The position numbers were made by a program, and so were the translations under genes. A stretch of DNA of 64,000 nucleotides from Candidatus Micrarchaeota archaeon (GTDB lineage: Archaea; Micrarchaeota; Micrarchaeia; Anstonellales; JAGGVH01): assembly GCA_020854835.1 (NCBI GenBank), contig JAHKLX010000055.1, positions 11,691-75,690 on the forward strand. The letters run 5' to 3'. Under the pieces are notes generated by a model. It ran no database searches. It was not told the origin of the DNA and saw only the letters and a program-made list of their open reading frames with translations. This document shows positions 28,489-39,074 of this stretch, one piece after another; position 1 is the stretch's first letter; each line of letters begins with the position of its first letter.

Positions 28489-30334
28489 AATAATTGGAAT
28501 TGATTTGGGAACTTCAAATTCTGCAGCAGCAGTTGTTATGGGTGGAAAACCCTCGATTATTCCTAGTGCAGAAGGAATGACAGTATATGGTAAAGCATTT
28601 CCTTCTGTTGTAGCTATTACAAAAGATGACCAACTTTTAGTAGGGGAACCTGCAAGAAGACAGGCAGTAACTAATCCAAAAAACACTGTCAGCGGGTTTA
28701 AAAGAAAAATGGGTTTGAATGAAAAATATACTATCAAAGACAAAGAATTTTCTCCGCAAGAATTATCTTCATTCATATTACAAAAAATAAAAAAAGATGC
28801 GGAAGAATTTTTAGGTGAGAAGGTAGAAAAGGCAGTTATTACTGTTCCAGCATATTTTGATGACAATCAAAGACAAGCTACAAAGGATGCAGGACAAATT
28901 GCAGGATTGGAAGTAGTTAGAATAATTAATGAGCCGACTGCAGCTGCTTTGGCATACGGAATTGATAAAAAGGAAAGTGAAGAAAAAATATTGATCTTTG
29001 ATTTTGGAGGCGGAACCTTGGATGTCACTATATTAGAATTTGGTGACGGCGTGTTTGAAGTTGTAGCAACAAACGGAGATACACGATTAGGCGGAAGAGA
29101 TATGGATGACGATCTCACAAAATATTTGCTTTCAGAAATTAAAAAAGAATTTGGAGCAGATGTTTCAAAAGATAAAACTGCCATGGCAAGATTAGTTGAA
29201 GGTGCTGAAAAAGCAAAAATTGAACTTTCAACAGTTTTGGAAACAGAAATCAATCTGCCGTATTTAACTGTTAGCAATGACCAGCCCATACATTTTGTCC
29301 ATAAATTAACTAGGGCAAAATTAGAAGATTTGGTCAGACCAATTATTGATAAATGCAAAATACCTATGAATCAAGCATTGCAAGATGGAAAATTAGGTCC
29401 TGATCAGATCACAAAAATAATTTTAGTTGGTGGACCCACAAGAATGCCGATTGTAAGAAAATTTGTTGAGGATTTTGTAGGCAGAAGTGCAGAAAGAGGT
29501 ATTGATCCCATGGAAGCTGTGGCCATGGGTGCAGCATTACAAGGGGGCATCATGACAGGAGATGTCAAAGATGTTGTGTTGTTGGACGTAACTCCTTTGA
29601 GTTTAGGAATTGAAACTCTTGGAGGTGTGATGACAACTTTAATCGATAGAAACACAACTATCCCAACAAAGAAAACACAAGTATTCTCAACCGCTGCAGA
29701 CAATCAAACATCTGTTGAAATTAAGGTTTATCAAGGTGAGAGACCGATGGCAGTAGATAACGTATTATTGGGAAGTTTTGTGTTGTCTGGAATTCCTCCG
29801 GCACCAAGAGGCATGCCACAAATTGAAGTTACCTATGATATTGATGTAAATGGCATAATTCATGTTAGTGCAAAAGATATGGCCTCTGGAAAAGAACAAA
29901 AATTAGTTATAACTGCACCCCATAAAATGAATGAGGATGAAATTAAAAAGAAAATGGAGGAGGCTAAAAAATACGAAGAAAGCGACAAGAAAATAAAAGA
30001 ATTTATTGAAGTGAAAAACATTGCAGAAAGCTTGGCTTATTCGACCAGGAAAGCACTTGAAGAATATGGAGGAAAAGTTCCTGAAGATGTGAAAAAAGAG
30101 ATTGAAGAAAAAGTTAAAGCAGTTGAAGAAGTCTTGAAAGATGCGAAACAGGAAGATACAGAAAAAATCAAAGCCAAAACAGATGAACTTTCTAAAATTG
30201 TACAAAAAATCGGCCAGTCAATGTATCAGCAAGGAGGCCAAACTCCTCCTCCCGAAAATGGGGGAGATGGAAAAAAAGGAGATACGATAGATGGTGAGTT
30301 CAAAAAAGGCGGTGAAGATGATAAGAAAGATTAG
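28481..30334 (+). CDS. dnaK: molecular chaperone DnaK (Hsp70)
   Basis: ATG at 28481 after SD ggtgagg. [38 protein letters not shown] and [10 protein letters not shown]. Gly-rich C-terminus. Confidence 0.97.
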   Translation: MSKIIGIDLGTSNSAAAVVMGGKPSIIPSAEGMTVYGKAFPSVVAITKDDQLLVGEPARRQAVTNPKNTVSGFKRKMGLNEKYTIKDKEFSPQELSSFILQKIKKDAEEFLGEKVEKAVITVPAYFDDNQRQATKDAGQIAGLEVVRIINEPTAAALAYGIDKKESEEKILIFDFGGGTLDVTILEFGDGVFEVVATNGDTRLGGRDMDDDLTKYLLSEIKKEFGADVSKDKTAMARLVEGAEKAKIELSTVLETEINLPYLTVSNDQPIHFVHKLTRAKLEDLVRPIIDKCKIPMNQALQDGKLGPDQITKIILVGGPTRMPIVRKFVEDFVGRSAERGIDPMEAVAMGAALQGGIMTGDVKDVVLLDVTPLSLGIETLGGVMTTLIDRNTTIPTKKTQVFSTAADNQTSVEIKVYQGERPMAVDNVLLGSFVLSGIPPAPRGMPQIEVTYDIDVNGIIHVSAKDMASGKEQKLVITAPHKMNEDEIKKKMEEAKKYEESDKKIKEFIEVKNIAESLAYSTRKALEEYGGKVPEDVKKEIEEKVKAVEEVLKDAKQEDTEKIKAKTDELSKIVQKIGQSMYQQGGQTPPPENGGDGKKGDTIDGEFKKGGEDDKKD

Positions 30335-30788
30335 GGTTGAAGATATTGATGAAGTTGTTGAACTTTTTGATGCATTGGGTAAGGAACATCTTACCCTCTA
30401 CCCTAATAGACATATGTACAAACTAGATAGAAATGCAAATGAAAATTGGAAAAGTTATGTTCTTAACGATATATTCTTATCTAAAGAAAAAGAAATTTTT
30501 GTCTGTGAATTAAATGATGTTTTGTGCGGATATGTTACAATAGAAATAAGAAAAAGGCCTCCTATTTTCACTATAAAAGAAGAGGCATATATTTCAGACC
30601 TTTATGTTCTAGATAGATATAGGGGGGAGGGAATTGGAAAAAAACTTGTTGAAAAGGCAATTCAATGGGCAAAAAATAAAAAAGTAAAAAATGTAAGTTT
30701 AGAAGTTGAAGAAAAAAATAAATCTGTAGACTTTTACAAAAAAATTAATTTCAGAGATCATATGAAACAAATGGTTTTGAAGGTGTGA
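30318..30788 (+). CDS. GNAT-family N-acetyltransferase
   Basis: Start [10 protein letters not shown] (the ORF-track start at 30291 lies deeper inside the dnaK 3' end). Acetyl-CoA motif [21 protein letters not shown]. Confidence 0.8.
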   Translation: MIRKIRVEDIDEVVELFDALGKEHLTLYPNRHMYKLDRNANENWKSYVLNDIFLSKEKEIFVCELNDVLCGYVTIEIRKRPPIFTIKEEAYISDLYVLDRYRGEGIGKKLVEKAIQWAKNKKVKNVSLEVEEKNKSVDFYKKINFRDHMKQMVLKV

Positions 30789-30790
30789 CA

Positions 30791-31252
30791 ATGATGATAA
30801 GGCCTGCGAAAAGAGAAGATATTCTTGAGATGGGAAAAATGTATGAAATTGTTGCCGAAGTGCACAAAGAGTATCATCCAATTTTTCATGAGGTGGAGAA
30901 TTGCGGTGTGAATGCAGTAACAACAAACTACATTGACAATAGGAACGGCATAGCTTTTGTAGCAGAAGAAAACAGCGAAATTGTTGGTTTTGCAGGGGCA
31001 CAAATAAAATTGATGCCTGAAACATTCAAAATAAAATACACTTTGCATTTAACAGATGTTGTTGTTTTGCCAGAATATCGTGGAAAAGGAATTGGTTTAA
31101 AATTGATTGAAAAAATAAAAGAATGGGCCGGGGAAAATAAAATCCAGTACATAACCTTGAGTGTGTCTTTTAAAAATAATTTTGCAGTACAGCTTTATGA
31201 AAAAGCAGGATTCAAAGATTTATCAAAAGATATGATAATGGATGTAGATTGA
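30791..31252 (+). CDS. GNAT-family N-acetyltransferase (second tandem copy, divergent sequence)
   Basis: ATG at 30791 just after the upstream TGA. Motif A EYRGKGIGLKLIEKIKEWA. Confidence 0.8.
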   Translation: MMIRPAKREDILEMGKMYEIVAEVHKEYHPIFHEVENCGVNAVTTNYIDNRNGIAFVAEENSEIVGFAGAQIKLMPETFKIKYTLHLTDVVVLPEYRGKGIGLKLIEKIKEWAGENKIQYITLSVSFKNNFAVQLYEKAGFKDLSKDMIMDVD

Positions 31253-31253
31253 A

Positions 31254-32348
31254 ATGAATGACGAATACTATAAAATTTTAGGAGTTTCAAAAGATGCTTC
31301 AGAAAAGGAAATTAAAAAGGCCTATAGAAAAATGGCAATGAAGCACCATCCGGATAAAGGCGGGGATCCTGAAGAGTTTAAAAAACTAAGTGAAGCTTAT
31401 GCAGTTTTAAGTGATAGTAAAAAAAGACAAATGTACGATAACTACGGAGCCGAAGGAGTGCATCAAAGATATTCAACTGAAGATATTTTCAGAAATGCAG
31501 ATTTCTCTGACTTTGAAGATATTTTTTCAAGCTTTGGATTTGGAGATCCACTTTCAAGCATTTTTGGATCAATGTTCGGAGGAGGATTTGGGAGAAAATG
31601 GCGATCCCGAGACATGGGAGAACATAGGGAAGTTATGATTGAAATTGAATTGGAAGATGCTGCAGCAGGAATTGAAAAAGAAATTAAATTTAAAAAATTA
31701 GATGTGTGTCCTGAATGTGAGGGAGTTGGAGGCAAAGGAGTTTCAACATGCCAGGAATGTAAAGGTGCAGGTGTCGTAAAACAAATAAAACAAATGGGCC
31801 CCATGCGTGTTGCCACAACAAGTGTTTGCCCAAAATGTGGAGGGCATGGACAAACTGTAAAAGAAATCTGTAAGAACTGCCAAGGAAAAGGCAAAATACA
31901 AAAAGAAGAAAAAATAACTGTTAAAATTCCGGAAGGGATAAACGATGGGATGGCAATTCGTTTAACCGGAATGGGAGATTACGGAAAAGATGGATATGGT
32001 GATGGTTTTGTGCATGTTAGAATCAAACCTAACAAGACATTTGAAAGAGATGGGAAGGAACTATTTACAGAGCATAAAATAAACATTTCACAAGCCATAT
32101 TTGGCGATAAAATAGAATTGAAAGATATTTATGGTAAAAAAATAGAATTGAAAATTCCAGAAGGCACCCAAAGTGGAGAAGTTATTACTATTTCAGGACA
32201 CGGAATGCCAGGTTTAAGGGGAGGAAGGGGAGATCTTCATGTTAGAATAAATGTAGAAATTCCCAAACCAAGCCAGTTAAATAAAGAGCAAAAAGAAGCA
32301 TTAAAACAAAAAGGAAAAAAAGGGGGATTTTTAGATTTTCTTGGCTGA
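31254..32348 (+). CDS. dnaJ: co-chaperone DnaJ (type I Hsp40)
   Basis: 364 aa. J domain with HPD (KHHPDKGG), G/F region, and four CxxCxGxG zinc-finger motifs. Confidence 0.95.
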   Translation: MNDEYYKILGVSKDASEKEIKKAYRKMAMKHHPDKGGDPEEFKKLSEAYAVLSDSKKRQMYDNYGAEGVHQRYSTEDIFRNADFSDFEDIFSSFGFGDPLSSIFGSMFGGGFGRKWRSRDMGEHREVMIEIELEDAAAGIEKEIKFKKLDVCPECEGVGGKGVSTCQECKGAGVVKQIKQMGPMRVATTSVCPKCGGHGQTVKEICKNCQGKGKIQKEEKITVKIPEGINDGMAIRLTGMGDYGKDGYGDGFVHVRIKPNKTFERDGKELFTEHKINISQAIFGDKIELKDIYGKKIELKIPEGTQSGEVITISGHGMPGLRGGRGDLHVRINVEIPKPSQLNKEQKEALKQKGKKGGFLDFLG

Positions 32349-32398
32349 ATAAAAAAATTAAAATTCAAAATTTATAAAAAAAATTGTGAGGGAATTGT

Positions 32399-32857
32399 AT
32401 GTTTGGAATATTTGGAAAAAAGGGAAGTGTGGATATTAAAATTGATAAGTTTGATTTTAATTTCAATGAAAGTATTGCTGGCAAAGTTATTCTGAAAGTA
32501 GATAAACCTGTAAAAGCAAAGGAATTGCGCATATGCCTTAAAGGAGAGAGAACAATAAAAAAGAAAGTTAACGATAAAGGCAAAGTTAGGACACAAATAA
32601 ATAAAAAAATACTTCACGATTTCAAATTGGTTTTGGACGAAGAAAAAGAATACTATGGGGAAAAAGAATATAACTTTGAAATCTCCCTGCCAGATCCCCC
32701 AAAAAATGAAGCACCTGGTGGCATTTTGGGAGATGCTGTTAAATTTATGAACGCAATGAGTATGACACAGGTAGAAGATAAATGGTACTTGGAAGCCTCG
32801 CTGGATGTTCCTTTTTCAGGAGATGTATCAAAGAAAGTACGGCTAACAGTTAAATAA
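32399..32857 (+). CDS. hypothetical protein (possible arrestin-like/Spo0M-like beta-sandwich)
   Basis: 152 aa. The pattern ESIAGKVILKVDKPVKAKELRICLKGERT resembles the Spo0M/arrestin-N layout. Weak. Confidence 0.45.
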   Translation: MFGIFGKKGSVDIKIDKFDFNFNESIAGKVILKVDKPVKAKELRICLKGERTIKKKVNDKGKVRTQINKKILHDFKLVLDEEKEYYGEKEYNFEISLPDPPKNEAPGGILGDAVKFMNAMSMTQVEDKWYLEASLDVPFSGDVSKKVRLTVK

Positions 32858-32908
32858 GGAATTTGATAAATTGAAAACCTTTTTAATACTTAATTAGATA
32901 ATAAAGTT

Positions 32909-33214
32909 ATGGCTATGCCAAACAAGAGATTAAAAGATTCGTTGACTACTGGGAATTTGTGGTTATATATACTTACTCTTATGCAAAACTCTGAGATTTA
33001 TGCATACAGTTTAGATAAGGATATAGAAAAAGAATTTGGATTTAAACCTCAAAAAATAATGATGTATTTAGTTTTATATAAATTGGAAAAAGCTAAATTT
33101 GTGACTTCTACTTTTAAGGAAAGAAGAAAATATTATAAGATAACACAAAAAGGAAAAGATGAACTTAAAAAAGGAAAAAAAATATTGGGAGATGTGTTAA
33201 AAAACCTCAAATAA
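32909..33214 (+). CDS. PadR-family transcriptional regulator
   Basis: 101 aa. LWLYILTLM...YAYSLDKDIEKEFGFKPQKIMMYLVLYKLEKAKFV fits the PadR wHTH. Confidence 0.72.
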   Translation: MAMPNKRLKDSLTTGNLWLYILTLMQNSEIYAYSLDKDIEKEFGFKPQKIMMYLVLYKLEKAKFVTSTFKERRKYYKITQKGKDELKKGKKILGDVLKNLK

Positions 33215-33258
33215 GCAAGGCAAAACTATTTAAAACGAACAATTGATAGCCAATTCAT

Positions 33259-35910
33259 ATGTGGGATATAAATTCCAACAAAAAATTTGATAAATATACG
33301 GCTTTATCTAGTAAAAATGTTCTATCTAAACTAGAAACTTCAAAAACAGGACTGACAAATCAACAAGTTGAAAAAAGACTGAAAATATCAGGCAAAAATG
33401 AACTTAAAAAAACAAAAAACTTCAGTGCTTTTAAACTTCTTTTATCCCAGTTTACAAACCCATTGGTGGTTGTTCTTTTGATTGCAGCAGGAATCAGTTA
33501 TATTGCTTCAGGAGAGGGTCTTGATGCCCCTTTGATACTGATAATTGTCATATTTAATGCTGCTATTGGATTTAAACAAGAATACTCTGCTGAAAAAATA
33601 ATTGAATCTTTAAAAAAGATGGCTAGTCCGCATGCAAAAGTAATAAGAAATAAAAAAATAAAAGACATTGAGAGTAAATATATTGTACCTGGAGATATCG
33701 TAATTTTAGAAGCAGGGGATATTGTTCCTGCAGATTTGAGAATTATTGAATGCCATAATTTTTATGTTCTTGAATCAGTTTTAACTGGTGAAAGCAAACC
33801 CATAGAAAAAACAGAAAAAAATGGAAAAGCGAATTTGATAACACAAGCTAAAAACATGGTTTTTTCAGGTACCGTTGTAACAAAAGGCAAAGCTTATGCT
33901 GTTGCTGTGTCAACTGGAAACAATACAGAATTAGGCAGAATTGCAAAAATAATGGAAGAAACAGAAACAGAAATTCCATTAATGAAAAAATTGAGAGAAT
34001 TATCGCTGGGTTTGAGTTTGATTACTCTTGGAATTATACTTGCTGTTTTTTTCATAGGAGTGTATTACAATTATGACTTGCTCACTATGTTTATGATTGC
34101 AGTTAGTTTAGGTGTTGCAGCGATTCCAGAAGGTCTTCCTGTTGTAGTTACAATAGCTCTGGCCCTAGGAATAAAAAAAATTGCCGATCACAAAGCACTT
34201 ATAAGAAAAATGCCCGCTATTGAAACACTTGGCAGTGTTAATACGGTTTTTTTAGATAAAACTGGAACGATAACTAAAAATGAAATGACAGTTATTGAGG
34301 CTGTTCTCCCAACAGGCAGGTTTGATATTAGTGGAATTGGTTATTCTTCAGAGGGAACGTTCACTGGAAAAGCAAGCAAACGCGACCTCAAAGAAATGAT
34401 GGCATGCGCCTACATCTGCAATGACGCAGAACATCGAGATGTATATTCTGGAGATCCCACTGAAATAGCACTTGTTGTGGTTGCTGAAAAATACATGAAA
34501 CAATTTTCAGATGTTTTGCCACATAGAAAAAGGATTCGAACAATTGAATTCAGCTCCGAAAGAAAAATGATGAGTGTTTTGTCTGGTAAACAATATACAA
34601 AAGGAGCTCCTGAGAAAATAATTAATTTGTGTGATAAAGTTCTGATTCAAGGCCATGTCAAAAAATTTGATAAAGAAATGAAAAATAAAATGATTAAAGA
34701 ATCTGAAAGATTAATGTATGATGCTATGAGAGTTTTGGCTTTTGCATACAAAGATACTAAAAATATTAAAGAAGATAAAATGATTTTTGTTGGTTTTTGC
34801 GGAATGATTGATCCCCCAAGAGCTGAAGTAGATAAAGCAGTCCTACAGGCAATTAATGCAGGGATTAGTGTGAAAATGATTACAGGAGATCATGCAATAA
34901 CTGCCAAAGCAGTTGGCAAAATGATTGGACTTGGAGAAGAACCGTTAGTTATAACGGGTTTAGAAATTGATAAAATGCTTAAGGAGAAAAATCCTCTAGT
35001 CGAAAAGGCAGATATTTTTGCAAGAGTTACGCCTCAGCAAAAAATAGATATTATTGATTACTATGAAAAACAAGGTTATACATGCGCTATGACTGGAGAT
35101 GGTGTTAATGATGCGCCCGCATTGAAACGAGCAAGCATGGGCATTGCTGTTGCAGAAGCAACTGATGTGGCAAAAGAAGCTTCCCAAATGATATTGCTTA
35201 AAACACATTTCAAAACCATATTAGATGCTATAAAACTTGGAAGAGGAATAATGGACAATATAAGAAAGTTTATTTTGTATTTGTTGACGTGCAATATTGC
35301 AGAAGTGGGGGTGGTTGCTTTATCGACTTTTTTCAGGTTTCCCTTGCCATTAACCGCAATCCAATTATTATGGATAAATTTGGTTACGGACGGTCCCCCT
35401 GCAATAGCATTAGCACTAGATCCTCCTGCAAAAGACATAATGTCAAGAAAACCAGAAGGTAAAAAAACCGGAATAATAACAAAACCTATGAAACAAAAGA
35501 TAATATCAATGAGTTTGTTAATGATAATTCTAATAATGTTCCTAATAAGTTATGCAGTTAAATCAAGTAAAGAATACTATTTAACAACGATGGTGTTCAC
35601 TGCTTTAGTTATGTTTGAAATTGTTAGAGTTTTTTCTGTAAGAAAAGAATTTGGACAGCCATTTTTCAATAACAAATGGGTTTTGTTAGGTTTAATGTTT
35701 GCATTGATAATACAAATAATAATTATCTACACGCCCATTCCTTCCAACCCCTTTAATGTAACTCCATTAAACATAGGAGATTGGATTATTTTGATACTTC
35801 TTTCTATAACTTTGTTTGCATCCGATTTGGCAGTCGGCAGATTGCATAAAACTATATCAACTTCAACACACCGTCTGAAAGCAGATGGGAAAAATAACCT
35901 AAAGGTATGA
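33259..35910 (+). CDS. P2-type cation-transporting P-type ATPase (Ca2+/Mg2+-type)
   Basis: 883 aa. TGES, PEGLP in M4, phosphorylation site DKTGTITKN, hinge MTGDGVNDAPALK, 10 predicted TMs. The 3' 59 nt overlap the convergent gene 35852..36325. Confidence 0.93.
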   Translation: MWDINSNKKFDKYTALSSKNVLSKLETSKTGLTNQQVEKRLKISGKNELKKTKNFSAFKLLLSQFTNPLVVVLLIAAGISYIASGEGLDAPLILIIVIFNAAIGFKQEYSAEKIIESLKKMASPHAKVIRNKKIKDIESKYIVPGDIVILEAGDIVPADLRIIECHNFYVLESVLTGESKPIEKTEKNGKANLITQAKNMVFSGTVVTKGKAYAVAVSTGNNTELGRIAKIMEETETEIPLMKKLRELSLGLSLITLGIILAVFFIGVYYNYDLLTMFMIAVSLGVAAIPEGLPVVVTIALALGIKKIADHKALIRKMPAIETLGSVNTVFLDKTGTITKNEMTVIEAVLPTGRFDISGIGYSSEGTFTGKASKRDLKEMMACAYICNDAEHRDVYSGDPTEIALVVVAEKYMKQFSDVLPHRKRIRTIEFSSERKMMSVLSGKQYTKGAPEKIINLCDKVLIQGHVKKFDKEMKNKMIKESERLMYDAMRVLAFAYKDTKNIKEDKMIFVGFCGMIDPPRAEVDKAVLQAINAGISVKMITGDHAITAKAVGKMIGLGEEPLVITGLEIDKMLKEKNPLVEKADIFARVTPQQKIDIIDYYEKQGYTCAMTGDGVNDAPALKRASMGIAVAEATDVAKEASQMILLKTHFKTILDAIKLGRGIMDNIRKFILYLLTCNIAEVGVVALSTFFRFPLPLTAIQLLWINLVTDGPPAIALALDPPAKDIMSRKPEGKKTGIITKPMKQKIISMSLLMIILIMFLISYAVKSSKEYYLTTMVFTALVMFEIVRVFSVRKEFGQPFFNNKWVLLGLMFALIIQIIIIYTPIPSNPFNVTPLNIGDWIILILLSITLFASDLAVGRLHKTISTSTHRLKADGKNNLKV

Positions 35911-36325
35911 ATAAAAGATGGGGCCAGTTGAAAACAAATAATGAAATGATAAACACAACACCTACTGCAAAAAAAGAATGGGTGATACCCCTGTGGCGAG
36001 GTTTGAAAAAATGATATAATAACTTATAAATTATAAACAAAACCACTCCCCCTGCAATTTGATATATTATATTTTTAAAAAAATTGAAAGATATGAAAAA
36101 ACAAAGCACCAGTAAAATAAAACTTAAAATTTGTGTTGCTTTGCTTTGGGGAAGATCAACATCAGGAATTAAAGCTGTTAAACCTGCTACTGCTGCCCAT
36201 ATCAACATATCTAAAAAAACAAAATTGAAGAAATGTGCTAAAACTAATCCGCAAACAAAACCGATTATAAAATGTAGGAGCGAATTCAGAATATCACCTG
36301 GGTTCAAAAACTGAAATAAAATCAT
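35852..36325 (-). CDS. YdjM/DUF457-type membrane-bound metal-dependent hydrolase
   Basis: 157 aa, 4-5 TMs. Conserved His-containing blocks HFIIGF, RGITHSFF and FSHLLSDG. Confidence 0.6.
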   Translation of the reverse strand: MILFQFLNPGDILNSLLHFIIGFVCGLVLAHFFNFVFLDMLIWAAVAGLTALIPDVDLPQSKATQILSFILLVLCFFISFNFFKNIIYQIAGGVVLFIIYKLLYHFFKPRHRGITHSFFAVGVVFIISLFVFNWPHLLFIPLGYFSHLLSDGVLKLI

Positions 36326-36836
36326 CTAGTTTGATTTTAAAATAGCCTTCATCATATCCATAACATTTTGAATGAGTTATAATATCATAATATGTTTTGT
36401 CAAAAGCAAATTCAAATGCCATGAGCTCTTCGTCTGTGTTGCAGTACATAATGTAAAAAGAAGCAAGCTGTTTAAACTGCTCTAAAGCTTTTTTTGTATT
36501 TGAATCAAGCTTGTTTTTTCTGAATGCTGTTTTCTTTGATTTTGAAGGCATTAAAATTAAAAACAGTTCTACAAGTTTATCATAAACCTTTAAAATAAAA
36601 TTATTGAATTTGTCAACTACTGTTTCTTCACTGTTTTTGATAGAATAAACATCATCCTCTATCTTCATTATATGTTGAACAACCTCTGTATTTAGGTCTG
36701 TAGATTCTTTTTTAGATGCTAAAATAGTCTGTTCGATATCTGGAGAAAAAATAACTTCATTTTTATCTGCCACTTTATTGTCTAGGTATTTTTCACGTTT
36801 TGCTTGTTTAAGCCCTTCTTCCACCAGATTATGCAT
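36294..36836 (-). CDS. hypothetical protein
   Basis: 180-aa ORF. No motif recognised. Confidence 0.5.
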   Translation of the reverse strand: MHNLVEEGLKQAKREKYLDNKVADKNEVIFSPDIEQTILASKKESTDLNTEVVQHIMKIEDDVYSIKNSEETVVDKFNNFILKVYDKLVELFLILMPSKSKKTAFRKNKLDSNTKKALEQFKQLASFYIMYCNTDEELMAFEFAFDKTYYDIITHSKCYGYDEGYFKIKLDDFISVFEPR

Positions 36837-36883
36837 AATCTAAAAAGGAAGGCGAATAATTTAAACCTTTTGATAAAAAGAAA

Positions 36884-36957
36884 TGCCGCGAGCCGGATTT
36901 GAACCGGCGACACCTCCGTCTTCAGCGGAGTGCTCTCCCAGGCTGAGCTACCGCGGC
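36884..36957 (-). tRNA. tRNA-Phe (GAA), intron-less
   Basis: Minus-strand read GCCGCGG TA GCTC AGCCTGGGA GAGC A CTCCG CTGAAGA CGGAG GTGTC GCCGG TTCAAAT CCGGC TCGCGGC A. This is a perfect 74-nt cloverleaf. Confidence 0.93.
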
Positions 36958-37048
36958 ATAAGGTATATTATAGTTCCCAAAGATTTTTAAAAGATTATGG
37001 ATACTAGAAACGGAACTGTTTAAAAAATATTGTAGAAACAATAAAAAC

Positions 37049-38293
37049 ATGTCTTTACATCCTATTGAGAGTGAATTATTGGAAAATGTTCGCCAGTCTA
37101 GATCGATATCTAAAAATAAAAAAACTGCTGTTTATAAAAGAAAACTGCATGAAGATTTTGAAACTTTGCGAAGACAAGAAAACATTGATCCTGCTGAAAA
37201 AGCGATGGTTTTTTTAAAGATTTATGAGAGTTATTTCTTTGATGAATGGGAGAATAAAAGTATGAAAAAATACATATGGAAAGAACTTTGCAAAAAAGAA
37301 AATTTGGGATATTACATACACATGGTTGAAGAATTTTTTGGATACAACCCTGGAAAAATTCTTTGGAATTATGAAATGTTTCAGACATCTATGGAATTGA
37401 TTTGCGGGATTTATGAATCCTGTAAAGATTTTAATGATGATGAAATAGAAAAAACAGTAAAAATGATTGATAAATTAATTTTTGAGAATACCCTGCATAA
37501 ATATATAGACTGGATAGATTTTTATAATGAGTGTGAGAACAACGAAGATGAGGTTATAGGTGGGCTTAGTATAGGGAAAAAAGAAGGGTTTTTATTGTAT
37601 CATTTGTTTGTGATGCAAATATCCTCAATTATCAAAAACGTTATTTTGGAACAGACACATAAGCCTAATCTAAATAAAGAACACGATTTATCATTTTTAG
37701 AATATGTTTATGTGGATCTGTTTAGAGAAGATCCTGATTTGACACAAGAACAATGGGTGCAGATAATAGACACTTGTCTTGAAAATCTAATTCCCGAACT
37801 TTACGATCCTAAATTATTAGAATATGCTCTGCCAAATTCCAACGCAATCCCAGATTTAATAATGTCTTTTCCAGTTTTAACAGATGAACCAGGTTTTTAT
37901 GATGTCAGCCCTCAGTTAAAAATATTCAGTTATTTAACCAGCTTTGGAAAAACAAAGAATGAGATTGAAATTGGTGTATTTGGGCTGACAAATATGCTTG
38001 AATCTATTAGATTTGGAAAACAGGCAGAATTGGTGTTGATTGAAAACGGACCGTTTATATTTGATGTATTGGAAAAACATAAGAGATATTTGATTGAACT
38101 TATGGTAGGGGAAGAAAAAAGAAACCAGCATATTAAAGACAAAACCCAAGGTTTTATTAATTGTGAAAATGGGTGGGTGGATCTATACAATAAAATTGAT
38201 GCCATAATAACAAAAATTGATAAAAAAGCAATTGCAACAAGTGAAAACCAGATCAAACCCCCAAATTTCAATAAAAACCGCAAGGGAAGATGA
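37049..38293 (+). CDS. hypothetical cytoplasmic protein
   Basis: 414-aa ORF, helical-looking. No family recognised. Confidence 0.6.
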   Translation: MSLHPIESELLENVRQSRSISKNKKTAVYKRKLHEDFETLRRQENIDPAEKAMVFLKIYESYFFDEWENKSMKKYIWKELCKKENLGYYIHMVEEFFGYNPGKILWNYEMFQTSMELICGIYESCKDFNDDEIEKTVKMIDKLIFENTLHKYIDWIDFYNECENNEDEVIGGLSIGKKEGFLLYHLFVMQISSIIKNVILEQTHKPNLNKEHDLSFLEYVYVDLFREDPDLTQEQWVQIIDTCLENLIPELYDPKLLEYALPNSNAIPDLIMSFPVLTDEPGFYDVSPQLKIFSYLTSFGKTKNEIEIGVFGLTNMLESIRFGKQAELVLIENGPFIFDVLEKHKRYLIELMVGEEKRNQHIKDKTQGFINCENGWVDLYNKIDAIITKIDKKAIATSENQIKPPNFNKNRKGR

Positions 38294-38332
38294 GTCAATA
38301 AGATTTTTAAATAAATATCACGAATTATTAGT

Positions 38333-39070
38333 ATGGGTGTTGTTGAAGACATTAAGAAAATATTCAAATATTCGATTAAATCTTATTTTGGCCATTTGTC
38401 ATGGGGCATATTTTTTGGACTGGTGTTGCTTCTGGCATTTTTAATCCCAGTTTTTGCAGGAGTCCCTACCTATACGACGTTGGGATCAATTTATTTGAGA
38501 TTTAACAGCATGCCTGACCTCACACCCGGAACATTAACAATAATTGGCTTAGTATTTGTTGTTTCCACATTTTTAATATCGTTTAGTGTTGTTAATATAA
38601 ATAATATAGTTAAATCTGAAAGAACCCTATTGAACATACCCACTGAAATGATGAAATCGCTTAAAACATACTCACTTAGGTTGTTCTGGGTTTGTATAAT
38701 ACAAATTTTGATTTTGTGGATTGGCCAGGTATTGTTCCAATCAACCAAATATGTTACTGTGCTCCTGCCCCTATACAACTTTATTCTTGCGTTTATGTTG
38801 ATATTTGTTCCTTCCGCAATTGTGATGGAAGAATTGGGGGTTTTGCATGCAGTAAAGAGAAGTATACAGTTTATTAAAAAATATCCGGTATTAACATGTT
38901 CAATAATGGGCATTGTGGTTGTTATTATTGCAGCAGTTAATGGGATTCTTTTATTATCACCAGTATTTCCTCAGTATTTAACAATAATATTCAATGTTCT
39001 TTTTGTATTGCCATTTACGATAATATTAATCGCACACACATATATCAATAAATACTCAATTGTAGGTTAA
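38333..39070 (+). CDS. hypothetical polytopic membrane protein
   Basis: 245 aa with ~6 TM helices. Confidence 0.6.
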   Translation: MGVVEDIKKIFKYSIKSYFGHLSWGIFFGLVLLLAFLIPVFAGVPTYTTLGSIYLRFNSMPDLTPGTLTIIGLVFVVSTFLISFSVVNINNIVKSERTLLNIPTEMMKSLKTYSLRLFWVCIIQILILWIGQVLFQSTKYVTVLLPLYNFILAFMLIFVPSAIVMEELGVLHAVKRSIQFIKKYPVLTCSIMGIVVVIIAAVNGILLLSPVFPQYLTIIFNVLFVLPFTIILIAHTYINKYSIVG

Positions 39071-39074
39071 TTTT

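Noticed and set aside
28423-30205. Long ORFs antisense to dnaK (28423..28866, 28867..29358, 29404..29703, 29903..30205).
   Set aside because: They lie entirely inside the strongly supported dnaK CDS and have low-complexity Ser/Phe/Ile-rich translations. Long antisense ORFs opposite hsp70 genes are a known codon-bias artefact.
36837-37048. Genomic-island or integration signatures around tRNA genes (tRNA-Phe here, and tRNA-Lys/Ser at 53857-54180).
   Set aside because: I could find no integrase, no transposase and no direct repeat of the tRNA 3' end nearby. Flanking genes look native.
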